A stretch of 64,000 bases of DNA, taken from an uncultured Candidatus Saccharibacteria bacterium (GTDB lineage: Bacteria; Patescibacteriota; JAQUNI01). Position 1 is the stretch's first letter. Every line of letters begins with the position of its first letter. The stretch lies in assembly GCA_964555185.1 (NCBI GenBank), contig CAZKRD010000001.1, positions 303,272 through 367,271 on the forward strand, given 5' to 3'. This document shows positions 44,457-52,065 of the stretch, piece by piece. Position numbers and translations under genes: made by a program. Below the pieces are notes generated by a model, which saw only the letters and a program-made list of their open reading frames with translations, had not been told where the DNA came from and ran no database searches.

Positions 44457-44969
44457 ATGCAAGAAAAATATAGTTTCAAAAAGGCAACCTTGAAAGATTT
44501 AGATAAGTTCTTTATTTTCTTTTCTCAGAGCCTTAAAAAACAGTTCCCTCGATATACTCTAAAAACAAGAGATTATTTTATTCGGAAAGAGTATTGCTTA
44601 CAATCTTTAAAGGCTCGATTGAAGAGTAAAGACATTATCATCTATTTAGCAATGCAGGATAAGGAGGTAGTAGGCTATTTTGTGACTGGTGTAATTGTTG
44701 GCGGTGTATGTTTGGCTTTATGGCTGGCAGTATCTAAGAAGCACCAGGGGCAGGGAATTGGCTCACAGCTTTTGCAGATGTGGGAAAAAGATGCCAAGGC
44801 CTTGGGTATACACAAACTTCATCTTTGGACTGACAGAAGAAATTTGAGCTTTTACAAAAAAAGAGGATTCAAATTGCTCGGCAAGGTATCTAAAAACTAC
44901 TACGGCGTTGATGATTATTTATTCTATAAAAGTATTCAGAAGCCCATTGAAAAGAATTTTTTGAAATAA
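44457..44969 (+). CDS. GNAT-family N-acetyltransferase
   Basis: 170 aa. Motif A is HQGQGIGSQLLQMWEKDAKALGIHKLHLWTD, followed by FYKKRGF. Confidence 0.7.
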   Translation: MQEKYSFKKATLKDLDKFFIFFSQSLKKQFPRYTLKTRDYFIRKEYCLQSLKARLKSKDIIIYLAMQDKEVVGYFVTGVIVGGVCLALWLAVSKKHQGQGIGSQLLQMWEKDAKALGIHKLHLWTDRRNLSFYKKRGFKLLGKVSKNYYGVDDYLFYKSIQKPIEKNFLK

Positions 44970-45003
44970 ATATAGTGAGTTGCGGGATGGGATAATTAGA
45001 GTG

Positions 45004-45031
45004 AAAAAACAGAGTCGACCCCATTTTGCAC
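45004..45031 (+). repeat. Repeat family C, copy 3
   Basis: aaaaaacagagtcgaccccattttgcac, 35 nt after the GNAT stop. Confidence 0.55.
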
Positions 45032-45094
45032 TTGTTTTGCGGCATTTTAAGAAAACTGAAAACATCAAAATACAAAATTTGATCCCATTTACAT
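45031..45094 (+). repeat. Island repeat family A, copy 3 (fused to a family C motif)
   Basis: cttgttttgcggcattttaagaaaactgaaaacatcaaaatacaaaatttgatcccatttaca. Confidence 0.55.
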
Positions 45095-45098
45095 CAGA

Positions 45099-45767
45099 AT
45101 GGAACAAAAAAATAAAGTAAAATTTTGGCAGGTTAGCAAGGTGTTGATTGTTATAATACTGCTCTCATTGTTTTTGAAGTGGCTTTTGTCTGTGATGGGC
45201 TCGGATGAGTTTAGGTTGGTTATCGAAAGAGTGGGTATTTTGGGGCCGTTGATTGTTATTATGTATATAGTGGTTTCGCACATTGTAGCCCCACTGGCGG
45301 GCTTGCCTGGTGTTTTGTTAGGAGTTTCTATTTATGGCATTGTGAAAGCAGTCTTTTTTATATACATCGCGGGATTGGTAAGTTGTGCCATTAATTTTTG
45401 GATAAGCAGAAAATTTGGCAGAGAGTGGGTTGCCAAGCTCGCTGGCAAAAAAACAATGAAGCAGGTTGATGATTTTGTGGAGGTAGCGGGTGTTAAGGTG
45501 TTGATTGCGGGCAGGTTATTTGGGTTTGCTTTGTTTGAGATTATCTCTTATGCGGTTGGATTGACTAATATGAGCTTTAGAAAGTATTTTGTTATTACTG
45601 CGGTCTTTTCGGCAATACCGGTTGCTGTTTTCGGCTATGCTTTTAAAAATGTAGATTTTCTTTCCGGGGCTGGGCAGATTTTGTGGATTGGGGCTATCCT
45701 TATTGTTGGCGCTGTGTTCGTTTTTATGATAAAAAGATATATAGAAAGGCAAAAGTCAAAAACTTAA
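45099..45767 (+). CDS. DedA/TVP38/TMEM64-family membrane protein
   Basis: 222 aa polytopic. FWISRKFGREWVAKLAGKK...VLIAGRLFGFALFEIISYAVGLTNM is typical of the DedA/SNARE-associated family. Confidence 0.6.
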   Translation: MEQKNKVKFWQVSKVLIVIILLSLFLKWLLSVMGSDEFRLVIERVGILGPLIVIMYIVVSHIVAPLAGLPGVLLGVSIYGIVKAVFFIYIAGLVSCAINFWISRKFGREWVAKLAGKKTMKQVDDFVEVAGVKVLIAGRLFGFALFEIISYAVGLTNMSFRKYFVITAVFSAIPVAVFGYAFKNVDFLSGAGQILWIGAILIVGAVFVFMIKRYIERQKSKT

Positions 45768-45779
45768 TTGAGAGAAATA

Positions 45780-45861
45780 GGGGTCAGGTTTTGGGAAAAA
45801 CGGAAAAATGGAGACGTTTCTGATTTATTTTTGCTAAATTCACTATTCAAGACCTGACCCC
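45780..45861 (-). repeat. MITE-like element family B, copy 5 (reverse orientation, full length ~82 bp)
   Basis: ggggtcaggttttgggaaaaacggaaaaatggagacgtttctgatttatttttgctaaattcactattcaagacctgacccc. Roughly 90% identical to copy 4. Confidence 0.65.
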
Positions 45862-45895
45862 ACTGACCCCCCACTGACCTGACCCCACTGACCCT
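45853..45895 (+). repeat. Short GC-rich microsatellite (cccactgac-like units) abutting MITE-like copy 5
   Basis: gaccccactgaccccccactgacctgaccccactgaccc. Confidence 0.5.
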
Positions 45896-46000
45896 AAGTT
45901 ATTGTTTTGGTTTTGTTTTAGAACAAGACATTTTTAGCTTTTATGTTATTATTCTTTTTTCGTTAAAAAGGTTTATTATAAATTATAATAAGAGGATTTA

Positions 46001-46030
46001 GGATCAAGTCTTGCTTTTTCGAATTTTTAG
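46001..46030 (+). repeat. Island repeat family A, partial copy
   Basis: ggatcaagtcttgctttttcgaatttttag, upstream of purD. Confidence 0.45.
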
Positions 46031-46129
46031 ATCGGATTGACAAAGCCACTGCATGGGATGATAATATAGATGAAATGTACATACACAAACAATTGGCCTA
46101 AATAACCGAAATGTTAGAGAGGAGGCAAA

Positions 46130-47401
46130 ATGAGGATTCTAGTGATTGGAGGGGGCGGAAGGGAACACACCTTGGTTTGGAAAATGGCCCAGAGTCCATT
46201 AGTTGATAAGATTTATTGCATTTCGGGCAATGCGGGAATCGCCGCATTGGCAGAGTGTGAGAAAATAGATGTAGATGGTGCGCTGGAGCCCATAGCAGAT
46301 TTTGCGCTGGATAACAGGATAGACCTGACGGTTGTTGGCCCCGAAGATCCGCTTGCAAACGGGATTGTTGACCTCTTTGCCGCTAGTAGGCTGAGAGCTT
46401 TCGGCCCGGACCAGCTAGCAACACAGATCGAGGCAAGTAAAATATTCTCAAAGGAGTTGATGTGGAAGTATGGCATTCCAACCGCCAACGCCGAGATATT
46501 TGACAACCACGAGGAGGCCACCGCATACATTCGTGATGCAGGTGTACCTATAGTGGTGAAGGCAGATGGTTCAGCTAAGGGGAAAGGCGTTATCGTTTGC
46601 CGTGATGAATTGCAGCAGGCTCTGGATGCTGTTAACACGATTATGGTGGAGAAGGCGTTTGGGAATGCTGGCAACAGGATTCTTGTAGAAGAATGTCTGG
46701 AAGGCGAGGAAGCGTCATTCATCGTTTTTACCGACGGTGAGAATATCTTACCCATGTCCTCTTCGCAGGATCACAAGCCCATATATGACGGCGATCGCGG
46801 GCTGAATACCGGAGGAATGGGAGCTTATTCGCCAGCGCCGGTAGTTACGCCAGAAGTATACGACCTTATCATGGAAACCATAATGCTGCCGACCGTAAAA
46901 GGCATGGCTGCTGAAGGGTATCCATACAAAGGTGTGTTGTATGCCGGCTTGATGATAGCCGATGGCAAACCAAAGGTTATAGAATTCAACGCACGGTTTG
47001 GCGATCCTGAAAGCCAGGCAGTACTACCAAGATTGCAAAGTGATATTGTGCCGGTAATGGAGGCCTGTATCGACGGTACACTGGACCAGGCGCAACTGGA
47101 ATGGTCGGACGAGGCGGCCGCATGTGTTGTAATGGCCTCTGGTGGGTACCCTGTAAAATACAAGAAAGGCAAAGTGATAACTGGCCTGGACGTGGCTGGT
47201 GCTATGGAAAACGTAATGGTTTTTCATGCTGGTACCGCGCGACAGGGGGGCAAGATCGTCACTAACGGCGGCAGGGTCCTTGGTGTGACAGCATTGGGTA
47301 AGGATATCGAAGAGGCGGTTATCACTGCTTACGATGCCGTAGGCAGGATATCCTTTGAGGGCGCATACTTCCGAAACGATATTGCCTATCGTGCCCTCTA
47401 A
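46130..47401 (+). CDS. purD: Phosphoribosylamine--glycine ligase (GAR synthetase)
   Basis: 423 aa. N-terminus MRILVIGGGGREHTLVWKMAQS and a central ATP-grasp fold, collinear with PurD over the full length. Strong GGAGG RBS. GC content is visibly higher than the flanking DNA, and long spurious antisense ORFs appear. Confidence 0.85.
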   Translation: MRILVIGGGGREHTLVWKMAQSPLVDKIYCISGNAGIAALAECEKIDVDGALEPIADFALDNRIDLTVVGPEDPLANGIVDLFAASRLRAFGPDQLATQIEASKIFSKELMWKYGIPTANAEIFDNHEEATAYIRDAGVPIVVKADGSAKGKGVIVCRDELQQALDAVNTIMVEKAFGNAGNRILVEECLEGEEASFIVFTDGENILPMSSSQDHKPIYDGDRGLNTGGMGAYSPAPVVTPEVYDLIMETIMLPTVKGMAAEGYPYKGVLYAGLMIADGKPKVIEFNARFGDPESQAVLPRLQSDIVPVMEACIDGTLDQAQLEWSDEAAACVVMASGGYPVKYKKGKVITGLDVAGAMENVMVFHAGTARQGGKIVTNGGRVLGVTALGKDIEEAVITAYDAVGRISFEGAYFRNDIAYRAL

Positions 47402-47439
47402 TTTTTTCATGGGGTCAACTCTCATTTTTCGATTTACTT

Positions 47440-47468
47440 AAAAAATAGAGTCGACCCATTTTTTTTCT
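47440..47468 (+). repeat. Repeat family C, copy 4
   Basis: aaaaaatagagtcgacccatttttttt, 39 nt after the purD stop. Confidence 0.5.
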
Positions 47469-47520
47469 TTCATTTTTTAAGAAGGTGAAGGGCGGATGGA
47501 TCGCTCTTTGGGTGATTTTT

Positions 47521-47529
47521 TGCTATAAT
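47521..47529 (+). promoter_or_regulatory. Extended -10 element TGcTATAAT upstream of recQ
   Basis: A perfect TATAAT with an upstream TG, 31 nt before the ATG at 47560. Confidence 0.35.
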
Positions 47530-47559
47530 CAAAGAATCTCAATCTTTCTTAAAATAAAA

Positions 47560-49737
47560 ATGAAAAAATTACTTAAAGTTCACTTTGGCTATGATCAATT
47601 CCGGCCCCTGCAGGAAGAAATCATTAGTAATGTTCTGGCCCTGAAAGACACTTTTGTCCTGATGCCCACTGGAGGCGGAAAATCTCTCTGCTACCAGCTT
47701 CCTGCAATGAAATTTTCCGGTTTGACTCTGGTGGTTTCCCCGCTTATCTCCCTGATGAAAGATCAGGTGGATTCTTTGAAAGCCAACGGCATTGAGGCGG
47801 AATTTTTGAACTCTTCGCTTCTTCCCCGGGACGCTATGGATATCCGGCAAAAAGTCCAAGCCGGCAAAACTAAGATACTGTATGTCGCGCCGGAGCGATT
47901 GGCTCTTGATTTTTTCCGTAGATTTTTGCATTCCCTCAAGTTAAGCCTTATTGCCATTGATGAAGCCCATTGTATCTCGGAATGGGGACATGATTTCCGC
48001 CCTGAATACCGTAACCTTAAATTTTTCAAAAGAGAGTTTCTCAAGGTTCCTGTTATCGCCCTGACCGCTACGGCTACGCCGAAGGTCCGGGCAGATATTA
48101 TTAAACAACTTTCCTTAAGAAAAGCGAAGCAGTTTGTTTCCAGTTTTGACCGGGAAAATTTGACCTTCTCGGTTCTGCGGAAGAAGAATGCTTTTGAAAA
48201 AGTTATGGCTCTTTTAAAGAGGCACAAAGGCGGATCGGCCATTATCTATTGTTTTTCCCGGCGCGAGACCGAAGAAATTGCCGCCAACCTGAAGATCGAA
48301 GGCATTAAAGCCCTGCCTTATCACGCCGGATTGCCCCGGGAGATCCGCAAGCGCAACCAGGAACAATTCATCAAAGACGAGGCGCGGGTCATTGCCGCGA
48401 CTATTGCCTTTGGCATGGGCATTGACAAGCCTGATGTCCGTCTGATCGTCCATTACACTTTTCCGAAAACTTTGGAAGGATATTACCAGGAAATAGGGCG
48501 CGCAGGCCGCGACGGCCTGCCGGCTGAATGCGCCCTTCTTTATTCGTACGGAGATATCCGCAAGCATGAATTCTTTTTGGGGCAGATGGAAAATACGCAG
48601 GAACAGGAGAATAGCCGCCAAAAACTTAACCAGGTTGTGGAATACTGCCAGGGAAGAGGATGCCGCCGGAAATATCTGCTCCAATATTTCGGAGAGGAGT
48701 ATCCAAGGAAAAACTGCAAGGGTTGCGACAGCTGTCTTCGGCCTAAAATAGAATATGAGGCCACCGAGATTGCCCGGAAGATCCTTTCTTGCATTCTGCG
48801 CACTGAATCCCGGTTCGGTAAAAAATATGTCATTGATCTGCTTCGAGGCAAGGCCACCGCGCGGATAACCGGCAACGGCCACCAGACTCTTTCAGTCTTT
48901 GGGATTGTCCGGGATTTGACCATTGAAGAAATGAGGGAGGTGATCAATGACCTGATTTCTCTCGGCTATCTATCTTCTTCTGAAGGAATGTATCCCACTC
49001 TTTCGGTCACAGCTCACGGCATTCAATTTCTTAAGGAAAAACAGAGCCTTACCCTTTCCCGGATAACGCAGGATCTCCTGGATTATGAAGAGGAAGAATC
49101 AGCCGGAGTGGAAGCGCAGTATGATATTCGGCTCTTTGAGAACTTGCGCGTCCTGCGAAAGCAGATCGCGGATGAGCGGGGAGTGCCGCCTTTTGTTATT
49201 TTCGGCGATGCTGCTCTATATGCAATGGCTCGGTATTTTCCGGTCGATCCAGATAATTTTTTAAGAATTCAGGGAGTGGGAGAAAGAAAGCTGGAAAGTT
49301 TTGGCAATTCTTTTATGGATGTTATTTTAAAATATGTTAAGGAGAACAAGCTTAAGCCGGAAATGGTTCCTGACCGGAGCAGAATTAAACGCAACCGGGC
49401 GCGCAGAAAAGTTAAGGCAGGTTCAACCTATCGGGAAACAAAGGAGCTGATTGATCAAAAGACCTCCCTGCGGGAGGTCGCCAGGGCGAGGGGATTAAAG
49501 CCGGGAACGATCATCAGCCATCTGGAAAAACTGGTTATAGCCCAGGCAAAGATTGATCTTGATTATCTCAAACCGTCCGGTAAAGAATGTCGGGAAATCC
49601 AATCCGCTTTTCAAAAATGCGGATACAAATGGCTTAAGCCTGCTTATGATTTTTTGGATGAGAAATATACCTACGACCAGATCCGCCTGGTCAGAGTGAT
49701 AAGTAGCATCCGGCAATCCCGGAGAGAGGCAGGGTAG
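47560..49737 (+). CDS. recQ: ATP-dependent DNA helicase RecQ (helicase, RQC zinc-binding, winged helix and HRDC-like C-terminus)
   Basis: FGYDQFRPLQEEII, P-loop MPTGGGKSLCYQLPA, DEAH (IDEAHCISEWGHDFRPEY), and a four-cysteine RQC (CRRKYLLQYF...CKGCDSC). The track start at 47485 is GTG, so the ATG at 47560 is used. An extended -10 TGcTATAAT sits at 47521-47529. Confidence 0.85.
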   Translation: MKKLLKVHFGYDQFRPLQEEIISNVLALKDTFVLMPTGGGKSLCYQLPAMKFSGLTLVVSPLISLMKDQVDSLKANGIEAEFLNSSLLPRDAMDIRQKVQAGKTKILYVAPERLALDFFRRFLHSLKLSLIAIDEAHCISEWGHDFRPEYRNLKFFKREFLKVPVIALTATATPKVRADIIKQLSLRKAKQFVSSFDRENLTFSVLRKKNAFEKVMALLKRHKGGSAIIYCFSRRETEEIAANLKIEGIKALPYHAGLPREIRKRNQEQFIKDEARVIAATIAFGMGIDKPDVRLIVHYTFPKTLEGYYQEIGRAGRDGLPAECALLYSYGDIRKHEFFLGQMENTQEQENSRQKLNQVVEYCQGRGCRRKYLLQYFGEEYPRKNCKGCDSCLRPKIEYEATEIARKILSCILRTESRFGKKYVIDLLRGKATARITGNGHQTLSVFGIVRDLTIEEMREVINDLISLGYLSSSEGMYPTLSVTAHGIQFLKEKQSLTLSRITQDLLDYEEEESAGVEAQYDIRLFENLRVLRKQIADERGVPPFVIFGDAALYAMARYFPVDPDNFLRIQGVGERKLESFGNSFMDVILKYVKENKLKPEMVPDRSRIKRNRARRKVKAGSTYRETKELIDQKTSLREVARARGLKPGTIISHLEKLVIAQAKIDLDYLKPSGKECREIQSAFQKCGYKWLKPAYDFLDEKYTYDQIRLVRVISSIRQSRREAG

Positions 49738-50035
49738 GGGGAATAGCAGATTAAAATATTCATAGGATTTTTGGGTTCAGGCCTTGCTGCGCCAAGTAAG
49801 GCGATGATCTAACAGGTGTAAGCCCCCCCCTTTTTTGGACTAGCGGTTTTGGTCCTCCTTTGGAGAATTGAACCAACAAAAAAATCGCTGTCTTGGCGGT
49901 TTTCTGATATAATGAAAATGTAAAAAGTGAGAAATCACTATAATCAGGCCCGAAAGGGCTTAAACTATTAGAAATTAAAAATGTCAAAGGGCAAAACTCG
50001 ACCGTATTGACTTTGGCCCTGTTGATCTTCCAATT

Positions 50036-51331
50036 ATGGAAATTCTATTTTGCGTATTATTATTAATTTCACTGATTTGTCTGGTGATAGGGCTTATAAG
50101 GCCCCGTTATGTTTTGATTTTTTTAGAAGGGACTAAAACGAGAAAAAAGGCGCTTTTGATTTTTGGCATACTTAGCATTATATTTCTTGTTTCATTCAGC
50201 TTGACCATCACTGTGTTCAGTCCATTTAGACAACAGCCTGGAAAGGGAATCTTTCCTGTTGTTGAAAAAGAAGCAGAAGAAGAATCCCCAGAGACTCCTC
50301 AAAAAGAAGGTTTAGAAGAAAAGAAAGTATCAGAAGAGCCAGAAGAGAGTCAGCCGGAACCAAAAGTTTACGCTGTATCCATAGGTGACATTGCCAAGAC
50401 AGAATTATTGCGGCTAACTACGTGGACCGACGGGGCGGTTTCCATGGATGTGCCCGTGAACTGGAATATTTATACCGGGGGTCAATGCGCTACAAAGTCA
50501 ATCTTAGCCAGAGATCCTTCTACTGAATTAAAGCAGGTTTTTTATTTTTCAGAAGCCGGACCGGTTTATACCAGCCAAGAATCAAAACAAAGGGATCAAA
50601 ATTATGTCGCTATGGGCGGTAATAAGCTTTCCTACTTCGAAAGTCCGGTAGTAAATCCGTTGACCGCTGAAAATTATTTAAAGAATTTTGGAGCTTTTGC
50701 TATTACTTCTTTGTTTCAACAAGCATTCCCGGAGGTTCCCGTTATGACTGATATAAAAATAATAAGCAAAAAAGAAATTACTGATAAACCGCATTATGTG
50801 ACTGATGGAAAGTTAATAAGGGCAGAATTCAAGCAAGGCGGTAAGTCAGGGGAAGGATATTTTCATATCATAACCGCGGATCTTGGGATGGGCTTCGGAT
50901 ATGGAATGATGTTTGTTGGAATGACAGCCCCGAAGGGCTTGCTTGATTTGATAACACCTTCATTAAAGAAAAGCTTAGAATCTTACGTAATAAGTCAGGA
51001 ATATGTAAGTGCTTGTTTACAGGCGCAGAATAAGGCAGCAGCCGGGATATTAAAAGCAGGCAGGATATTAAGCCAGAGTTCTGATACTATAATGGAAGTC
51101 TGGGAGAATAAGCTTGAATCAGAGCAAAGGATGTCAGAAAAATATAGTGACGCTATTTTGGGAAGCAGCAGGTTGTATAATCCTCAGACTGATGAGGTTT
51201 ATGTAGTTACCCCCGAATTCTATGATTTTTATCAAATTCATAATACAGAATTTGAGAAGAATTATTTACAAGAAATGCCCAATGATAAATGGGGTCATGC
51301 TCCTCTAAATGGGGCCGAATATATATATTAA
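50036..51331 (+). CDS. Hypothetical membrane-anchored protein (2 N-terminal TM helices, acidic linker, large extracytoplasmic domain)
   Basis: 431 aa with no recognisable family. The N-terminal hydrophobic helices are followed by an E/P-rich linker. Confidence 0.45.
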   Translation: MEILFCVLLLISLICLVIGLIRPRYVLIFLEGTKTRKKALLIFGILSIIFLVSFSLTITVFSPFRQQPGKGIFPVVEKEAEEESPETPQKEGLEEKKVSEEPEESQPEPKVYAVSIGDIAKTELLRLTTWTDGAVSMDVPVNWNIYTGGQCATKSILARDPSTELKQVFYFSEAGPVYTSQESKQRDQNYVAMGGNKLSYFESPVVNPLTAENYLKNFGAFAITSLFQQAFPEVPVMTDIKIISKKEITDKPHYVTDGKLIRAEFKQGGKSGEGYFHIITADLGMGFGYGMMFVGMTAPKGLLDLITPSLKKSLESYVISQEYVSACLQAQNKAAAGILKAGRILSQSSDTIMEVWENKLESEQRMSEKYSDAILGSSRLYNPQTDEVYVVTPEFYDFYQIHNTEFEKNYLQEMPNDKWGHAPLNGAEYIY

Positions 51332-51431
51332 ATGTGAATTATGCTAATTATTTCGCTTGTTGATTTCATAGCCTTTAGTTGCCATCTATGGAAAGGGAAA
51401 TGGGGTCAGGTTTACATTTCTATAAACAATT

Positions 51432-51854
51432 ATGTTTAAACGCAGAAAAAACGCAGAAGCGGCCTCTCGAACGGAATCGGAAGCCGCTAAAACAGCTGAA
51501 GAAAAAGAAAAGCCCAAGAGAAATTATCAGATCACTCTGCATTTTCTGGGTGGAGGTGCGCCCATATCGCCGAGTGGGGCGAGAACAGACCTTAGTGAAC
51601 AAAGCAGAATAGACCTTGCGGTGGCAATGGTGGCAAAGGCAGAAGCAGATGATTATGAGCTGACTGATACGGGGATCAACATTATCTTTCGGGGAATAGA
51701 AAAAGCAACATGGAAGGAAGCCGTTATTTTTGGCAAAGCAAGGGGCGCCAAGATTGAAGACACTTTTTCGCATTCTGTGCGGCTTGACCCTAAGAAAGAA
51801 GAGCAGGGCGTTAAGGCAATACCCTATATTGAAGATGAGCAGGAAGCGGCTTAG
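51432..51854 (+). CDS. Hypothetical protein
   Basis: 140 aa, charged N-terminus. The overlapping ORFs 51379-51612 (+) and 51420-51917 (-) were judged less likely. Confidence 0.35.
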   Translation: MFKRRKNAEAASRTESEAAKTAEEKEKPKRNYQITLHFLGGGAPISPSGARTDLSEQSRIDLAVAMVAKAEADDYELTDTGINIIFRGIEKATWKEAVIFGKARGAKIEDTFSHSVRLDPKKEEQGVKAIPYIEDEQEAA

Positions 51855-51905
51855 GCAAAGCCAGATTTTAGTCGATAAAGGAGGTTGGGGTCGAGTTTTG
51901 GGAGG

Positions 51906-51968
51906 ATTGATGGTCAAGCCTTGCTTTTTGGCATTTCGAAAAAAACTAAAACATCAAAATCAAAGCGC
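51906..51968 (+). repeat. Island repeat family A, copy 4 (candidate distal boundary of the island)
   Basis: gattgatggtcaagccttgctttttggcatttcgaaaaaaactaaaacatcaaaatcaaagcgc. About 44 of 50 positions match copy 1. Confidence 0.55.
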
Positions 51969-52065
51969 TTTTTTTATTTGACGAAAGTCTTTTTTATTTA
52001 TATTATTCAGATAGATGGTTTTCCAAAAATTTAAATAAATACAAAAACAATTTAATCAAAAATTC

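Noticed and set aside
46213-47425. Three long minus-strand ORFs (46213-46755, 46825-47172, 47024-47425) antisense to purD
   Set aside because: They are an artefact of the locally higher GC content, which leaves few stop codons in antisense frames. purD on the + strand has full-length homology and a strong RBS.
48214-48947. Minus-strand ORFs 48214-48882 (222 aa) and 48540-48947 (135 aa) antisense to recQ
   Set aside because: They have the same GC-driven cause; they lack an RBS and any recognisable motif, and they overlap each other.
51379-51917. ORFs 51379-51612 (+) and 51420-51917 (-) overlapping the 51432-51854 gene
   Set aside because: They are mutually overlapping alternatives. The 140-aa + strand ORF was kept as the least unlikely, but none has homology support.
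38506-51980. Calling the island a classical integron
   Set aside because: There is no IntI-type integrase or attI in the window, the inter-cassette repeats belong to at least three unrelated families, and family B occurs in both orientations, unlike attC arrays. It is described as a cassette-like island instead.
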